A DNA stretch of 64,000 nt from Candidatus Bathyarchaeota archaeon (GCA_963697165.1 CAVOMX010000001.1:1-64000), one strand, 5' to 3'; positions 51,490-62,093 are shown, numbered from the stretch's first letter. Translations and numbers: made by a program. Notes: generated by a model not told the origin, from the sequence alone.

Positions 51490-51879
51490 TTGCAAAGAGA
51501 AATCAAGAGGAAGACAATAACTTATGGTATAGGAGCACTCTTCTTAGCTTGATTATTAACAAGTGTAGTCTACAATTATGGTGTTCAAAATAGTGTTCCA
51601 CTAGAACCAGCTGCGCTTCCAGTTTCAGTAAACTACTACCAAACGCTGGTTCCTGGAACATTTTGGCAGGGAGCATATATCTTTGATGTATCATTGGATC
51701 AAGGATTCACACTAGAAGGCAACATCACCCATCGAAATCTATCAGACCAGTTTGATGGTGGCCTAGAAGTTAGGAGAATACTTTACATTGGCAATGTGTT
51801 TTATACAGTTTCGGACAAGCTAGTGAAAATGAACAATATAGATTGCTTGGACTTTATTGACCAAGTAAAGCTTTCCTAA
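51490..51879 (+). pseudogene. Internally deleted secreted beta-propeller-domain gene (COG4880/Beta_propel-like)
   Basis: One frame: MQREIKRKTITYGIGALFLA*LLTS... joined to FWQGAYIFDVSLDQGFTLEGNITH...RRILYIGNVFYTVS; TGA at 51550-51552. Confidence 0.65.
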
Positions 51880-52017
51880 TCAAAATTTTTTTTACTCCTA
51901 ATTTAATAATGCATCTAATAGTGAATTTTTCCTACAAATCCGATAATATAAATTGATTATATTTTTCTTATGATCCTACTTGTTTGTGAATGAGAAACCG
52001 ACAAGAATGTAAAAACT

Positions 52018-52059
52018 TGTAATAGATGTGAAGCTTACTGTAATAGATGTGAAGCTTAC
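52018..52059. repeat. Perfect 21-bp tandem duplication
   Basis: tgtaatagatgtgaagcttac x2. Confidence 0.9.
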
Positions 52060-52551
52060 AAACGGATTAACTCCCTAGTAAATTAAGGTCTATAACTTCA
52101 TTAAAGAAGTGAGAAAATGATTTAGACTTAACCTTCAGAACATAAACTTGACCTTTTTGAACATTGGTTAATTGAGCCAAATTATTGATGGAAAATATTC
52201 TGTAGGGTATTTCAATTTTGATAATATGTTATTGCTGGAAATAAAGGGTATATTTCTTTCCATAGTTTAAGTTAGACAGGGTTTTAGAAGATTTAAGGAA
52301 GTTTCAGTAGGCACACCGAGATTTGGTGGTGTATGATGAAACATACGAGAGAGGAAAGAATTCGATGAAACTAGATTATTAATCAAAAAGGGTTTTCTTT
52401 GAGAAGACTAATGACTATATATTATGATGCTTTACGAAGATGCATGTATTACTTCCATTTTTAGATATAGTATTAATAGAGATACAATTAGTCTACAGTA
52501 ACAATGTTGAAATATTTTCGAGGTGCGCTTTTTTATGACTGATGTGATATT

Positions 52552-52944
52552 TTGGAAAAAAAAGATAAAGACAGATTTGTTAGGCACTCGTCAGGTAATG
52601 ATAAAGAATTTACTATTTTTGATGCCTTGCTAGAAAGTTTGGTTAAAAAAGAAGGAAAAGAATCTGCATTTTGTCGTTTGAAACGGCAACTTCGTTCGCC
52701 ATGGAATATTGCTACTTTATCACTGATATTATTGGGATGGGCAACGTTAACTTGGGTTGGACAAATAATTTGGACTGACGTAAGTCTTTATGGAAAGGAT
52801 ATGGTCACCATTCTTTTAGGCTCACGGGTAGGTGAAAACATCAGTTTAGGCGTAGATATTAGAGTAATCTATTATTTAATAATCGGATCAATGTTGTTGT
52901 TTTCGAGTTTAACAATCAAATTAATAAAACGCAGATTTAATTAA
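52552..52944 (+). CDS. Hypothetical membrane protein
   Basis: 130 aa with two TM segments. Confidence 0.55.
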   Translation: MEKKDKDRFVRHSSGNDKEFTIFDALLESLVKKEGKESAFCRLKRQLRSPWNIATLSLILLGWATLTWVGQIIWTDVSLYGKDMVTILLGSRVGENISLGVDIRVIYYLIIGSMLLFSSLTIKLIKRRFN

Positions 52945-52948
52945 AAAT

Positions 52949-53118
52949 TAGCACTCTTCGTGTAATCGAAGAGGTCTTGTTTGTTTGTTCACATTTAATT
53001 GGTTTCTAGGTAATTGAAGTTATTATGAAGAGTCTTTGACCTATTTGTGAGGAATAATATTTTTCGTTACAAATGGGTCGAAAGTTTATTATTAGATTTG
53101 ATGGTTTACGAAGAGTCC
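52949..53118. repeat. Tandem family-A-type inverted-repeat elements
   Basis: tagcactcttcgtg...tattatgaagagtct then ttgacc...tttacgaagagtcc, between convergent gene ends. Confidence 0.6.
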
Positions 53119-53129
53119 GTAGTTAGAGT

Positions 53130-54320
53130 CTAATGAGGATGTGTATCAGATTGCGAGTCTTGAAAAGTCTCCATTTTTGGAGTTTCGTTTCCTCGAGTTG
53201 CGAAACTCACGATGAGAAGAATAATTAAAGAGAAAAGCACTATTGCCCCCATCATCAACCATTGAGAGGAAATGATTATGATTTTAGATATGTTGCTATC
53301 TGAGCCAATGTAATCAGCATCTCCTGACCAGTTGGCTCTTATAGAATATATTCCTCCAGGTGGAGAATTCCATGTGTGAAAAAAATGTCCATCAGAGTTG
53401 GTTTCAACGATTGCAAGTTTGTTTAGTTCAGAACCATATGAACTTATGTATAATGTGATATTTTCTCCGGCCAAAGAGGGAGACAGGGATCCCATGATCT
53501 GAATGTCGTTTTTGGCAATTGCGAATTCTGTTGAGACGGTCAAGAATAAGGAGGAATATTTAGGTGAATTATAGCTTGATGAAACTTGATTGGGAGATCT
53601 AATTTCATCAAGTTCATCTAATGGGATTATTCGTGCTGTTGCTCCTTTAATTATGTCTGGGCACTCACCTACGCGCCATCCATTTTCAAAATTTCCAGTG
53701 CACTCAGCTATGAAGTAGCGTTTTTCTTCATGTGTAAAATAGGAGATTTCGGTTCTTGTGTCCTTTGGTGTTTGGGGTAGGTTTACTCCTACGGTCATGT
53801 GTTCTTGTTCTTCGAATAATAATAAAGTTACATCTAGTCCGCCTGCTTTCATTATTGAGGCTGCTAGAAAGGAGAATAGATCGCAATCTCCTTCATTTTC
53901 TGATATGGTTTCAATTGGATATTTTTGGGGAATGCTTTCTTGGTATGGAATTTGGTGTGTGATCATGAGTACTCCATTAGCGAAATCTTCGGGGTTGTTA
54001 TAGATTGACCATAGGTCTTTTGCTATTGGTTCTAGAGGCGATGGGGTTACAAATTTTGCCAAATCATAGTTGTTATATAATTGGTGGTTTTTGGTTTGGT
54101 AATATTGGTAGAGGGTTTGAGTTACGGATATTGTTAGTTGATATGTTTTGGAGCCGTCGGGTTGGTTTTGTAGGATAAATGTTTGTTCGCTTGTTTGTGC
54201 TAGGCATGTGTTTGAAAGAAGTAAGATCAGAATGAGAAGTATTGATATAGTAAGTAACTTTTGATTTAGTGCTAGTGATGAGAATCGCTTAATTGTTCTT
54301 TTTGTAAGAAAATGTGGCAT
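53130..54320 (-). CDS. Secreted transglutaminase-like protein with Ig-like domain and C-terminal TM anchor
   Basis: Signal peptide, QIPY...YPIETI..EGDCD...EHMTVGV...YFIAECT...WRVGECP, Ig-like YSIRANWSGD, TM. Confidence 0.75.
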   Translation of the reverse strand: MPHFLTKRTIKRFSSLALNQKLLTISILLILILLLSNTCLAQTSEQTFILQNQPDGSKTYQLTISVTQTLYQYYQTKNHQLYNNYDLAKFVTPSPLEPIAKDLWSIYNNPEDFANGVLMITHQIPYQESIPQKYPIETISENEGDCDLFSFLAASIMKAGGLDVTLLLFEEQEHMTVGVNLPQTPKDTRTEISYFTHEEKRYFIAECTGNFENGWRVGECPDIIKGATARIIPLDELDEIRSPNQVSSSYNSPKYSSLFLTVSTEFAIAKNDIQIMGSLSPSLAGENITLYISSYGSELNKLAIVETNSDGHFFHTWNSPPGGIYSIRANWSGDADYIGSDSNISKIIIISSQWLMMGAIVLFSLIILLIVSFATRGNETPKMETFQDSQSDTHPH

Positions 54321-54701
54321 TGATCATCAGATATATTGACGATAAATGATGTATTAAATATTATGTCACATGAAACTTGATATATAGTTAAGTTGTCTGC
54401 ACGTTATCCAAAAACGTAACATGTCAAGTAAAATGATGAAGCAATAAAAAAGCTGTAGAAAAAATCGTAGAAAAGTATGAAAATGGAACAGAGAAGTTGA
54501 CTTGTGAGGAAGTCAAACCTAAAAGGACCGTTGTTAAAATAAATTTATGACATGGAGCAAGGCAACCCTATTGGCTAATAAATTATTAATAAGGAGACCA
54601 TTCGCAAATGACTAGTTTAGAAGCGTATATTGAAAGGTAAATTTTCGCACATTTAGAAAGAGCTGGAAAAGTTATTGGAGTGCATACTAGATTCCAAGTA
54701 T

Positions 54702-54830
54702 TCACTCTTCGTAAATTCTAGATATGTGAATCTTGATAATATTTTGAAGGTGTACAAAGAGGTTAGGTTATGATTAACTATTTTTGGAACTTATGTTGGG
54801 TTGTAATTGTTAAATTTGGGTCACAGGTCC
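54702..54830. repeat. Inverted-repeat element family A copy plus adjoining conserved segment
   Basis: cactcttcgtaaattctagatatg...atattttgaaggtgtacaaagaggtta then ttaact...ggaacttatgttgggttgtaattgttaaatttggg. Confidence 0.75.
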
Positions 54831-54872
54831 TTTATGATAAGTTTTCTTGGTCTATTTATGATGTCTAAATAC

Positions 54873-54925
54873 TGGATTTGTGCATTTTTATTTCCTTTAT
54901 TTAAGTTCACGAGCTAATTTTTTGC
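54873..54925. repeat. Dispersed repeat family C, copy 2
   Basis: Matches 50532-50583. Confidence 0.7.
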
Positions 54926-55151
54926 ATATCCAAATTAGAATATAAAGATTGATTGCAATTTTTTTTTCTTGATTACTATTTCTTTGATTGTGGGTCCGTT
55001 GTTTTTTTGTGGTTTCTGATCAGGTCATTAGTAATGGTTGTGTTGATGATTTTTTTCCGTGTGGTGGTGATTAGAATCGCTTTTTTTGGTAGGTTTTTGG
55101 ATATGTTTTTGAGGTTGTTTGGTAGATTATTTATTTGGAAGGATAGGGGTT

Positions 55152-55664
55152 ATGAATGTTTTTGAGGCGATTAGGAAGAGAAGTAGTGTACGCAATTTTT
55201 TGGATAAATCAATAGAAGAGGAGGTTTTGATGTCTGTTTTGGAGGCGGGTAGGGTTGCGCCTTCTGCGAAAAATCGTCAGGAGTGGAGGTTTATTGTTGT
55301 TAAGGATTCGGAGCTTAGGAAGAGAATTGGTGAGGCGGCTAATGGGCAGAGTTTTGTTGGAAAAGCGCCTGTAGTTATTGTTGCGTGTGCTGTTACTGAT
55401 GGGTATGTTATGAGTTGTGGGCAACCAAGTTATCCTATAGATGTAGCTATTGCTTTAGATCATATTTCTTTGGCTGCTGTAGAATGTGGTTTAGGTACTT
55501 GCTGGATTGGAGCCTTCAATGAAGCGAAGGTTAAGGATATTTTGGGAATTCCAAAAGATGTCAGGGTTGTGGAGTTAATGCCAATTGGCTATCCAGCCCT
55601 TCAGACCATGAAAGAGAAAAATCGACTACACATAAGCAAAATTGTGCAACGCGATCATTGGTAA
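55152..55664 (+). CDS. Nitroreductase family protein
   Basis: RSSVRNF, APSAKNRQEWRFIVV, GLGTCWIG, PIGYP. Confidence 0.93.
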   Translation: MNVFEAIRKRSSVRNFLDKSIEEEVLMSVLEAGRVAPSAKNRQEWRFIVVKDSELRKRIGEAANGQSFVGKAPVVIVACAVTDGYVMSCGQPSYPIDVAIALDHISLAAVECGLGTCWIGAFNEAKVKDILGIPKDVRVVELMPIGYPALQTMKEKNRLHISKIVQRDHW

Positions 55665-55742
55665 AAAAAGAGAGCTGATCTATTTTTCAAATTCATAACT
55701 CTTTTACTTTTAGCAGAAAGATTAGTTAATTAGTGGAGTAAT

Positions 55743-56273
55743 ATGCAGATATTGGGATTATTACTAATTCTAATAAGCGTGGGTTCCATCGCAGTCCCAG
55801 TCGTAGGGGTAGTGATAATTTACTCAGATGATTTGAGTCAATTAATTATTCCTTCAGAATTAGAAGAAGTATTATCAGAAACCATGAACACCGATGAATC
55901 CTTAGAACTCCCGGTTTATGTTAGTTCATCATATGATATATCCTCCCGGACTGTTCAAGCAATTTTCAAGTTTACAAATCCCTTCGAGTTTATTATTACA
56001 TTAAACTTTTTATCTTCAGATCTCGAATGCACTGGTCATCAATTCTCACTTGGAAGTGCTTCTCTTAACAATGAAGTGCAGATAAATGGTGGAGCAACAG
56101 AGGACATCATCATAAATTTCGTGTGGACCGAAGCTGCTGAAGACCACTTTTTAGATGAACATGCAGATGAATCAACCATTGAAATACAACTGATGAACAT
56201 GCAATTAGACGTTAGCGGAATTAGTATCGGAGTACCTGAAGAAGTAATATTAGATCTGCCTCTACCGCAATAG
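55743..56273 (+). CDS. Membrane-anchored hypothetical protein (LEA/WHy-like fold possible)
   Basis: N-terminal TM and a beta-rich FTNPF domain. Confidence 0.65.
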   Translation: MQILGLLLILISVGSIAVPVVGVVIIYSDDLSQLIIPSELEEVLSETMNTDESLELPVYVSSSYDISSRTVQAIFKFTNPFEFIITLNFLSSDLECTGHQFSLGSASLNNEVQINGGATEDIIINFVWTEAAEDHFLDEHADESTIEIQLMNMQLDVSGISIGVPEEVILDLPLPQ

Positions 56274-56285
56274 GAAGGTGAAAAG

Positions 56286-56846
56286 ATGGGGACAAAAATA
56301 AATTGGTTTGGTCTTGCAGGTGGAATAACGACAGTTGCAGTAGTCATCATTTCAATCTTTGTTCCATGGTGGCAGCTAATAGTTGGAAACAATCTTGTTA
56401 TAACAAGCGCGTCTCCTGTAAATACGTCCTTCAACTTTGTAGGTAATCATTTTAGTATTCCATTGATATTGGCGCTAAATATTGCTAGCTTTGTTTCATT
56501 AACTGCTGGTGGGATAGCAATGCTGATCTACTCTGTAAAACCTGATAAATCTTATTCTAAGCGACTTCTTGGGTTTTCTTATAAAAAGCCATTGTATTCT
56601 GTGCTGCTTTTTGTTGTTGGCTTGTTTTTGACTGCCTTTCTTGTTAAATCATTGTTTAGTTTTGATGTCCCATTGATTGGTTCAACAATATCTACGCTGC
56701 CGTCAGACATGACGTCCGGGTTAGTAATCAGAGTTCTAATGTTGGCAGAGTTTCAATGGCCCTTCTATATGGCAGCAATAGCAACAGGGCTTTGCATAGC
56801 TGCAAGATTCTATCAAAATAAATTAGTCCCAACAGAGCCTCTATAG
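56286..56846 (+). CDS. Four-TM hypothetical membrane protein
   Basis: PWWQL motif and four hydrophobic segments; operon-like with the upstream gene. Confidence 0.7.
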   Translation: MGTKINWFGLAGGITTVAVVIISIFVPWWQLIVGNNLVITSASPVNTSFNFVGNHFSIPLILALNIASFVSLTAGGIAMLIYSVKPDKSYSKRLLGFSYKKPLYSVLLFVVGLFLTAFLVKSLFSFDVPLIGSTISTLPSDMTSGLVIRVLMLAEFQWPFYMAAIATGLCIAARFYQNKLVPTEPL

Positions 56847-56910
56847 TATAGAAGCATGCAAATATGGGCGCGAGCATAGGCTCTTATTGGTACTGTTTTT
56901 GCTTTCAAGT

Positions 56911-57010
56911 GTTAAATTTTGTTTTCGATGATGTTTTTGGGATTATGCGGTGGCAGTATAAGGCTTCTTTGTTTCTGATGGTGGTAAGTCAGACTGTTTT
57001 TTGGGTTTGG
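56911..57010. repeat. Dispersed non-coding repeat family B, copy 2
   Basis: Matches 37020-37124. Confidence 0.7.
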
Positions 57011-57298
57011 GTTTTTTGATATATGTAATTTTTTGGAGTATGGTTAATATTTAATCGTATGATACAGTATAAAATGTGGTATTACGATGTTACCTAATAA
57101 AGTTAAGAAGGAAAATGGGAAAGGAAAACTGGTTAGATGGGATCCGATCACTGTTAGATTAGAAGAGAAAAAATTGATAACGTAATTCTATTTGTTCTAT
57201 TTGTTTGTTTTTTGATTATTGATGATTGAATTTCTTTTAGGGCTTTATTCGTTGAACAATTATTTTTGATTTTTTGAGCTGATTTTCACCAAAATCCT

Positions 57299-57559
57299 AT
57301 GAAGTTGACACAAATTGGTCATGCGGTTGAACTGTACAATTCCTTTCTAGTAGGGCATCTGGGCTTTCTTTATGATCGTGACCTCGTAGGAGAACAATAC
57401 TTGGGCGAGGATGAAAAGGATTATTTTGTGACTAATAGGGGTTTATCCGTGCTTAAGGTAATGGGTCCGTTAGTTAGAGAGGCACAAAGGATTGAAGGGC
57501 ACAACTTGGAAAGAATTTCAAGTGCTCTTTCAGGAGTAACTCCAGTTCTGGAAAAGTAG
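57299..57559 (+). CDS. Winged-helix regulator fragment or small protein
   Basis: PMKLTQI...HLGFLYDRDLV...YFVTNRG resembles 20332-20634; N-terminus appears degraded. Confidence 0.55.
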   Translation: MKLTQIGHAVELYNSFLVGHLGFLYDRDLVGEQYLGEDEKDYFVTNRGLSVLKVMGPLVREAQRIEGHNLERISSALSGVTPVLEK

Positions 57560-57860
57560 AAGAAAAAAACCAATATGGAAGCTCTCCAATTTCATAAAAG
57601 AGAAAAGACCAAAATGGAATCTTTCTGATTTCATAAAAATCGAGATAGAAAAAATAGAAGAATAGGAAATCCAGAAATCTATTCTGCAATTTGTTCTAGT
57701 GATTTTTTGTTTAGTTTGTTGAATATTTGGGTTAGTGTTTGAGTTAGACCCAAAAGATCTCAGAGAAATACGTTCATATGTTCAGAAAAGTTATGAACGA
57801 GCAATAACTTCTGGGAATTAGCTCCAAACATTCAAAAAAGGGGAGACGAAAAAAGATAGC

Positions 57861-58067
57861 CTATTGTTCTAACACTTGCCGTAGAATCTCTTGTATATTG
57901 AAATAAACGTCAAAACAGCATTTGCAATCAACGGGAAACCCATGGCAATAGTCCCATGACCTGCATAGAGCCTTGGCGAAGGCACACCAATCTTCCTTAC
58001 CTGCCTTTTTGATTAAATGTTGTCTAGCACGTCTTTTCCATGATTCCCGAAATTTACGATAGACCAT
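57861..58067 (-). CDS. Small Cys-rich hypothetical protein
   Basis: ATG with upstream GGAG; several Cys residues. Confidence 0.4.
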   Translation of the reverse strand: MVYRKFRESWKRRARQHLIKKAGKEDWCAFAKALCRSWDYCHGFPVDCKCCFDVYFNIQEILRQVLEQ

Positions 58068-58635
58068 ATTTCACTCCACTATTTCGCTTATCTTGGTCAG
58101 CTCATTTTGTAATTTGTTGCCTGTTCTCTCTCCTCAAAGTCTTTTTCAAGATTAAGTTTTATCTATCGATCCTATGATGTTGCTGTGTCTTTGCCAATGT
58201 CCGGTCTATTTTTCTGATTAAGCGCCAATGCCAAATCCAATGTCTAAACCTTCGATACCAGAAGATAAATGGTGTTTCTAAGACAAAAAGGACAATAATA
58301 GTGAAAAAGATTGGGAGAATAAATGCAATTGTTATCATGTAATCTCCATCGCAACAAAAGATGATTGCCCCCTTAAAAACAACTTTTCGAGTTAAACAAT
58401 AATTGAAAAATGGTTATATTTCATTTTTCTTAATATATTAATTCCTTAACCTCACACGGAACACATATTTCGCCCATAAGTGTGGCTAGTTTTTCGCGAA
58501 TGTATTCTCCTTAGAAATTTTATTGGATCGAAATAGAGATTAAAAAAGTTGTGCTAAGATTTTGAAAAAATGATACCTTTCAAGGTTGGGTAGATACTAA
58601 AATCGTTAATGAAAGATGCAAAGAGACGGGACGGG

Positions 58636-58727
58636 TGGACTCTTCTTGGAATCATAGATGTAATATTTTTATTATTTTTTGAGAGTTTATGAAGAGTCTA
58701 GTGGGGGGGATTGATTCTTCGTGGAAG
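58636..58727. repeat. Inverted-repeat element family A copy plus start of the adjoining unit
   Basis: tggactcttc...gagtttatgaagagtcta then gtggggggga ttgattcttcgtggaag. Confidence 0.7.
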
Positions 58728-59812
58728 CTTAAAGATGCATGATTTTTGGTTTAGTCTTAGACGCATCCGCCACAGTTTACGCATCCGCCCATGATTCCTC
58801 TGCACCATATTGGAAGATAATCTCTTTTGTATGGTTCAGTTGGTTGTTGTGGATATTTTGGTTTTTTGGGGGATTGAATTTTTGGCATCTTACATTCCTA
58901 TGCACCATAATGTTTTAGGTAATGCTAGAACTTATCACCTAGAATTATTGACTAAAATAGATGTTGGTTACAAAATAAGTTACTAAAAAATTTGCGCATT
59001 TGGATGCTCAGGGAGGACTGAAACTCTGCCAGAGTTCTCAATCGCTGCTAGAGCGCCCAAGAAGCCACTAAAAGGCTCAAACGCTTTTCGAAGAATTCAA
59101 AGCTCATCAAACAGCTTAGAATACTGTGCCTCAAGGTTTCCTTTAATTGATTATGCTTTCGCATGTTTATGAGCACTCTCTCAACCAAACCATCAACATG
59201 CTAACACTTGTTTTCCCCGTTATTTCTGAGAGGATCTAATTGACATGAAATATCAGCAACTGTTCAATTGTTCACGCATTCTTCTATGAGTAAAAAATAA
59301 GTTTGGGTTTGGTGTAAAAAATTAACCCTTATGCCTAACCCATTCAATTATTTGGTTTACTCTCGCAAAAAAGAAGCAAATGGAATATTATCCAGGATGA
59401 ATCTATTTTGTAGTCAACTGTGAAGGCAATGTAGCCAACTAACTCGGTGTCATGGGCGCCATCAGACAGAGCTTGCACAGTCACCAGTTAATTAATTTGA
59501 ATCTTAAATCCCATATTAATTACATTAGCGATTCTGAGGCCAGGAGTTTTAGATCTTTGAAGGATTTATACCATTAGACTGAGGAAAAATTGGCTTCCTG
59601 CTAGAAATGGAGTTGGAAATTTTTCTTGAGTAAAGTGCTTGTGTTTCCTGGATTTAGTTCTGAAGGACTAGTTACGCCTAATTTTATTAATCGGGTTTGA
59701 ACTAAATTACCCAATAAATTACCCAGTTTAATCCCCTCCATTCTCCTTTTTCATAAAAACAGGATTGTAATCACTACGATTTACAAAAAAGGAAAAAAGG
59801 TGGGGTTGTGGT

Positions 59813-62093
59813 TTAGGGTTTTGGCTGCAGTGCAAATGCCTTAGGCACAGCGTGTTTGTCTAGGTACCAAAGGGTTGTCCAGCCGTCAGTTGCCAGCGCG
59901 TACACCCAAAGGTTTTCTCCAAAAGCCGCGGTGCCGTCTGGGCAGGTTCCCACCAAACTACTCACAGGTATCTGCTTCGTGTAGACACTTGCGGGGTTAC
60001 GTATGTAGCCGTTAACTGGCGTGCTCTTGACAAGCGGAAGAGATGTCCAAGCCACACCTGGATTGTTTGGAGCACAAGCAGTGTTTACGTATCCGGTGCT
60101 TCCCTTCACTGTAGTAAATCTGAAGCGGGCAAAGTTACTCGGATGAGCTGCTTTGAAACTTATCAATGCTTTGGCGGGCAGGGGAACATTCGAGTAGCGT
60201 ATGAAGCCACAGGTTCCCACGGTTTCCCATGTTCCAGGTGCTACTCCGCTAACCTTGATCGGGTAAATTTCTGCTTCGCAAGGGTTGTTGTCCACATGCA
60301 GCACAAGCCGGAAAGCAACAATTTTGCCTCCTGGAGCTTCCCGAATCACTCTATCCTCCATGTCTGGTGCAATAACAGGATCATGGGGGACTGTTCGCGT
60401 TGGCACTACCACAGCGCCGAAGGGAGCATCACCAATCGGAGTCTTCAGCAGTATGCCCTCGTCAGTGAGGTTCACTCTGGTGACAGTATGGGTAACGCTG
60501 TTGTATCTGAATAGTTCCAGCTTAAGCTCGTACTTGCCAGCTGCCTCTTTGGGGTCGCCTTCTTCTAGTAGATGTGAAAGTAAGAAAGCGCTAGCAGTAT
60601 TTTCTCTTGCGTTCAGCTGTGGCGCCCAAGCTGCTGAGACTGCACCTGGATTAGAAGGGGGATTCTTTGGCTGAAATTTGAACAGAGCAGCTCCAGGTAT
60701 CACAGGGTCGGGACCAAGCATGAAAGGTTTGAATACAAGGGTACCATCAGGCCATACCTCGCCGTAGTGCCTAATAACTCGATGGTCTAATGTATGCCAA
60801 ACATCAGCCACTAGAGTGCCATCAGCCTTCTTGATGTGACGATAGGACCAGCGATAATGCGTTATGCCACTTCCAACGATGCCATCGCCAAACCAGACAG
60901 TCGGTTCCAAGCTACCGCCGAAAGGTTCACCTGTCTCCGTTAATCCTTCTTCTGCGCCGGCCGTCACACTTTTAATTTCTTTGGTGCTTACGTAATGGCC
61001 TACTGTCAGAACAGCCACCTGCTTTCCAGGGATGCTTGATGGTTCGGATAGGACCATGGAACCCGAGGGTCAGTGATTGGGATAACGACTTCGGTGTCGC
61101 AAACATAGTTCCAGTGGGTGCTGGCAAATAATCGAGGGATGATAAACTGTCGTCCATGCACTACCAATTTGATATTCCACCCAGAAGTAGAGATCAGGAT
61201 GATCACCTGCACACAAATACCACACGTCAGCGTTAAACTGCCCTTTCTTATCTGTCAGGACAACCGCAACTTCGTCGCACCTTACAAAGAACGGCCAGAT
61301 CCAACGCCAAAGACACAGATACGGTCGAAGCAGTTGGACGTTAGCTATCAGCGTCTCCCTCACCTTTTCCGCCGAAGTAGCTAAAAGCAAAGTCTTCGTC
61401 GCTGGCGGGTATTGAAAGTTTCTTTGAAACTGTTACTCGTCTTGCAACAACATTGAGAATAGGGGTCTTTAATTCAACGGGTAGGTCCATCTTCACCCGT
61501 GCAATATTTTCAGGTGAAATGTCAATCAAACCTTTGGCAAACGGGATTGGCTCAGGCGGCTGGGGAATAGGTTTTCCAATTGCTTTTATAAGTTCGTCAC
61601 GCAAACGGAAGACTTCCAGCTTTGGTAAGCGCTTGAGAAGCAGCCAGATAGGGTCAACTTCACATATATGCACACGTGCCAAGTAAACGGGCCATTCCTG
61701 GGTGGTTGTTCCCAGTTTGACTTTTTTCACGACTTTTCCTTTAACTTTGCATTTACACCATAACCAGTACTTCCATAAGATCTTTGGGATAGGCAGTAAC
61801 TCATACTTGAGGGTCCTAGGACTAAACCTCCATTCAGGCAGGTAAGCTTTCCGACGCTGAACTTGATCAAAGTTCGGTTTTTCCTCCTTTATTCCTTCAG
61901 GTGGTGATGGTCCAATTACTATTCGTGCCTTTTTGGCTTGTTTAGTGGTCAGTTCAAGAGAGGCTTGGTTTCTCTTTACGTCAGTTGAAGCTATGACTTC
62001 GCCTTTTTCGTCAAAAGCATACAACTTAAGAGAAATTGGTTTTTCTGGTGTTCCCTCGAACTTAACATTAAAATATATTATTCTTTGGCTCAT
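59813..62093 (-). CDS. Large (about 750 aa) hypothetical protein, frameshifted, GC-richer than its flanks
   Basis: Overlapping minus ORFs 61341-62093, 61070-61390, 61006-61212 and 59813-61057 form a continuous protein; T-rich terminator-like tract at about 59785-59805. Confidence 0.75.

Noticed and set aside
51550..51552. In-frame TGA as selenocysteine
   Set aside because: It lies in a hydrophobic anchor of a deleted gene, not at a redox Cys position
52018..52059. Possible CRISPR repeat
   Set aside because: Two directly adjacent 21-mers with no spacer, and no cas genes in the window
49553..58727. Classical integron attC array
   Set aside because: The repeats lack RYYYAAC/GTTRRRY ends, the genes are in mixed orientations and no IntI is present
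58759..59730. Short direct repeats (acgcatccgcc x2, attcct.tgcaccata x2, taaattaccca x2) and broken ORF fragments
   Set aside because: Two copies each with irregular spacing; consistent with local duplication in decaying DNA
8866..61686. Numerous 60-200 aa ORFs antisense to or nested in recognised genes
   Set aside because: Shadow ORFs with no independent motifs
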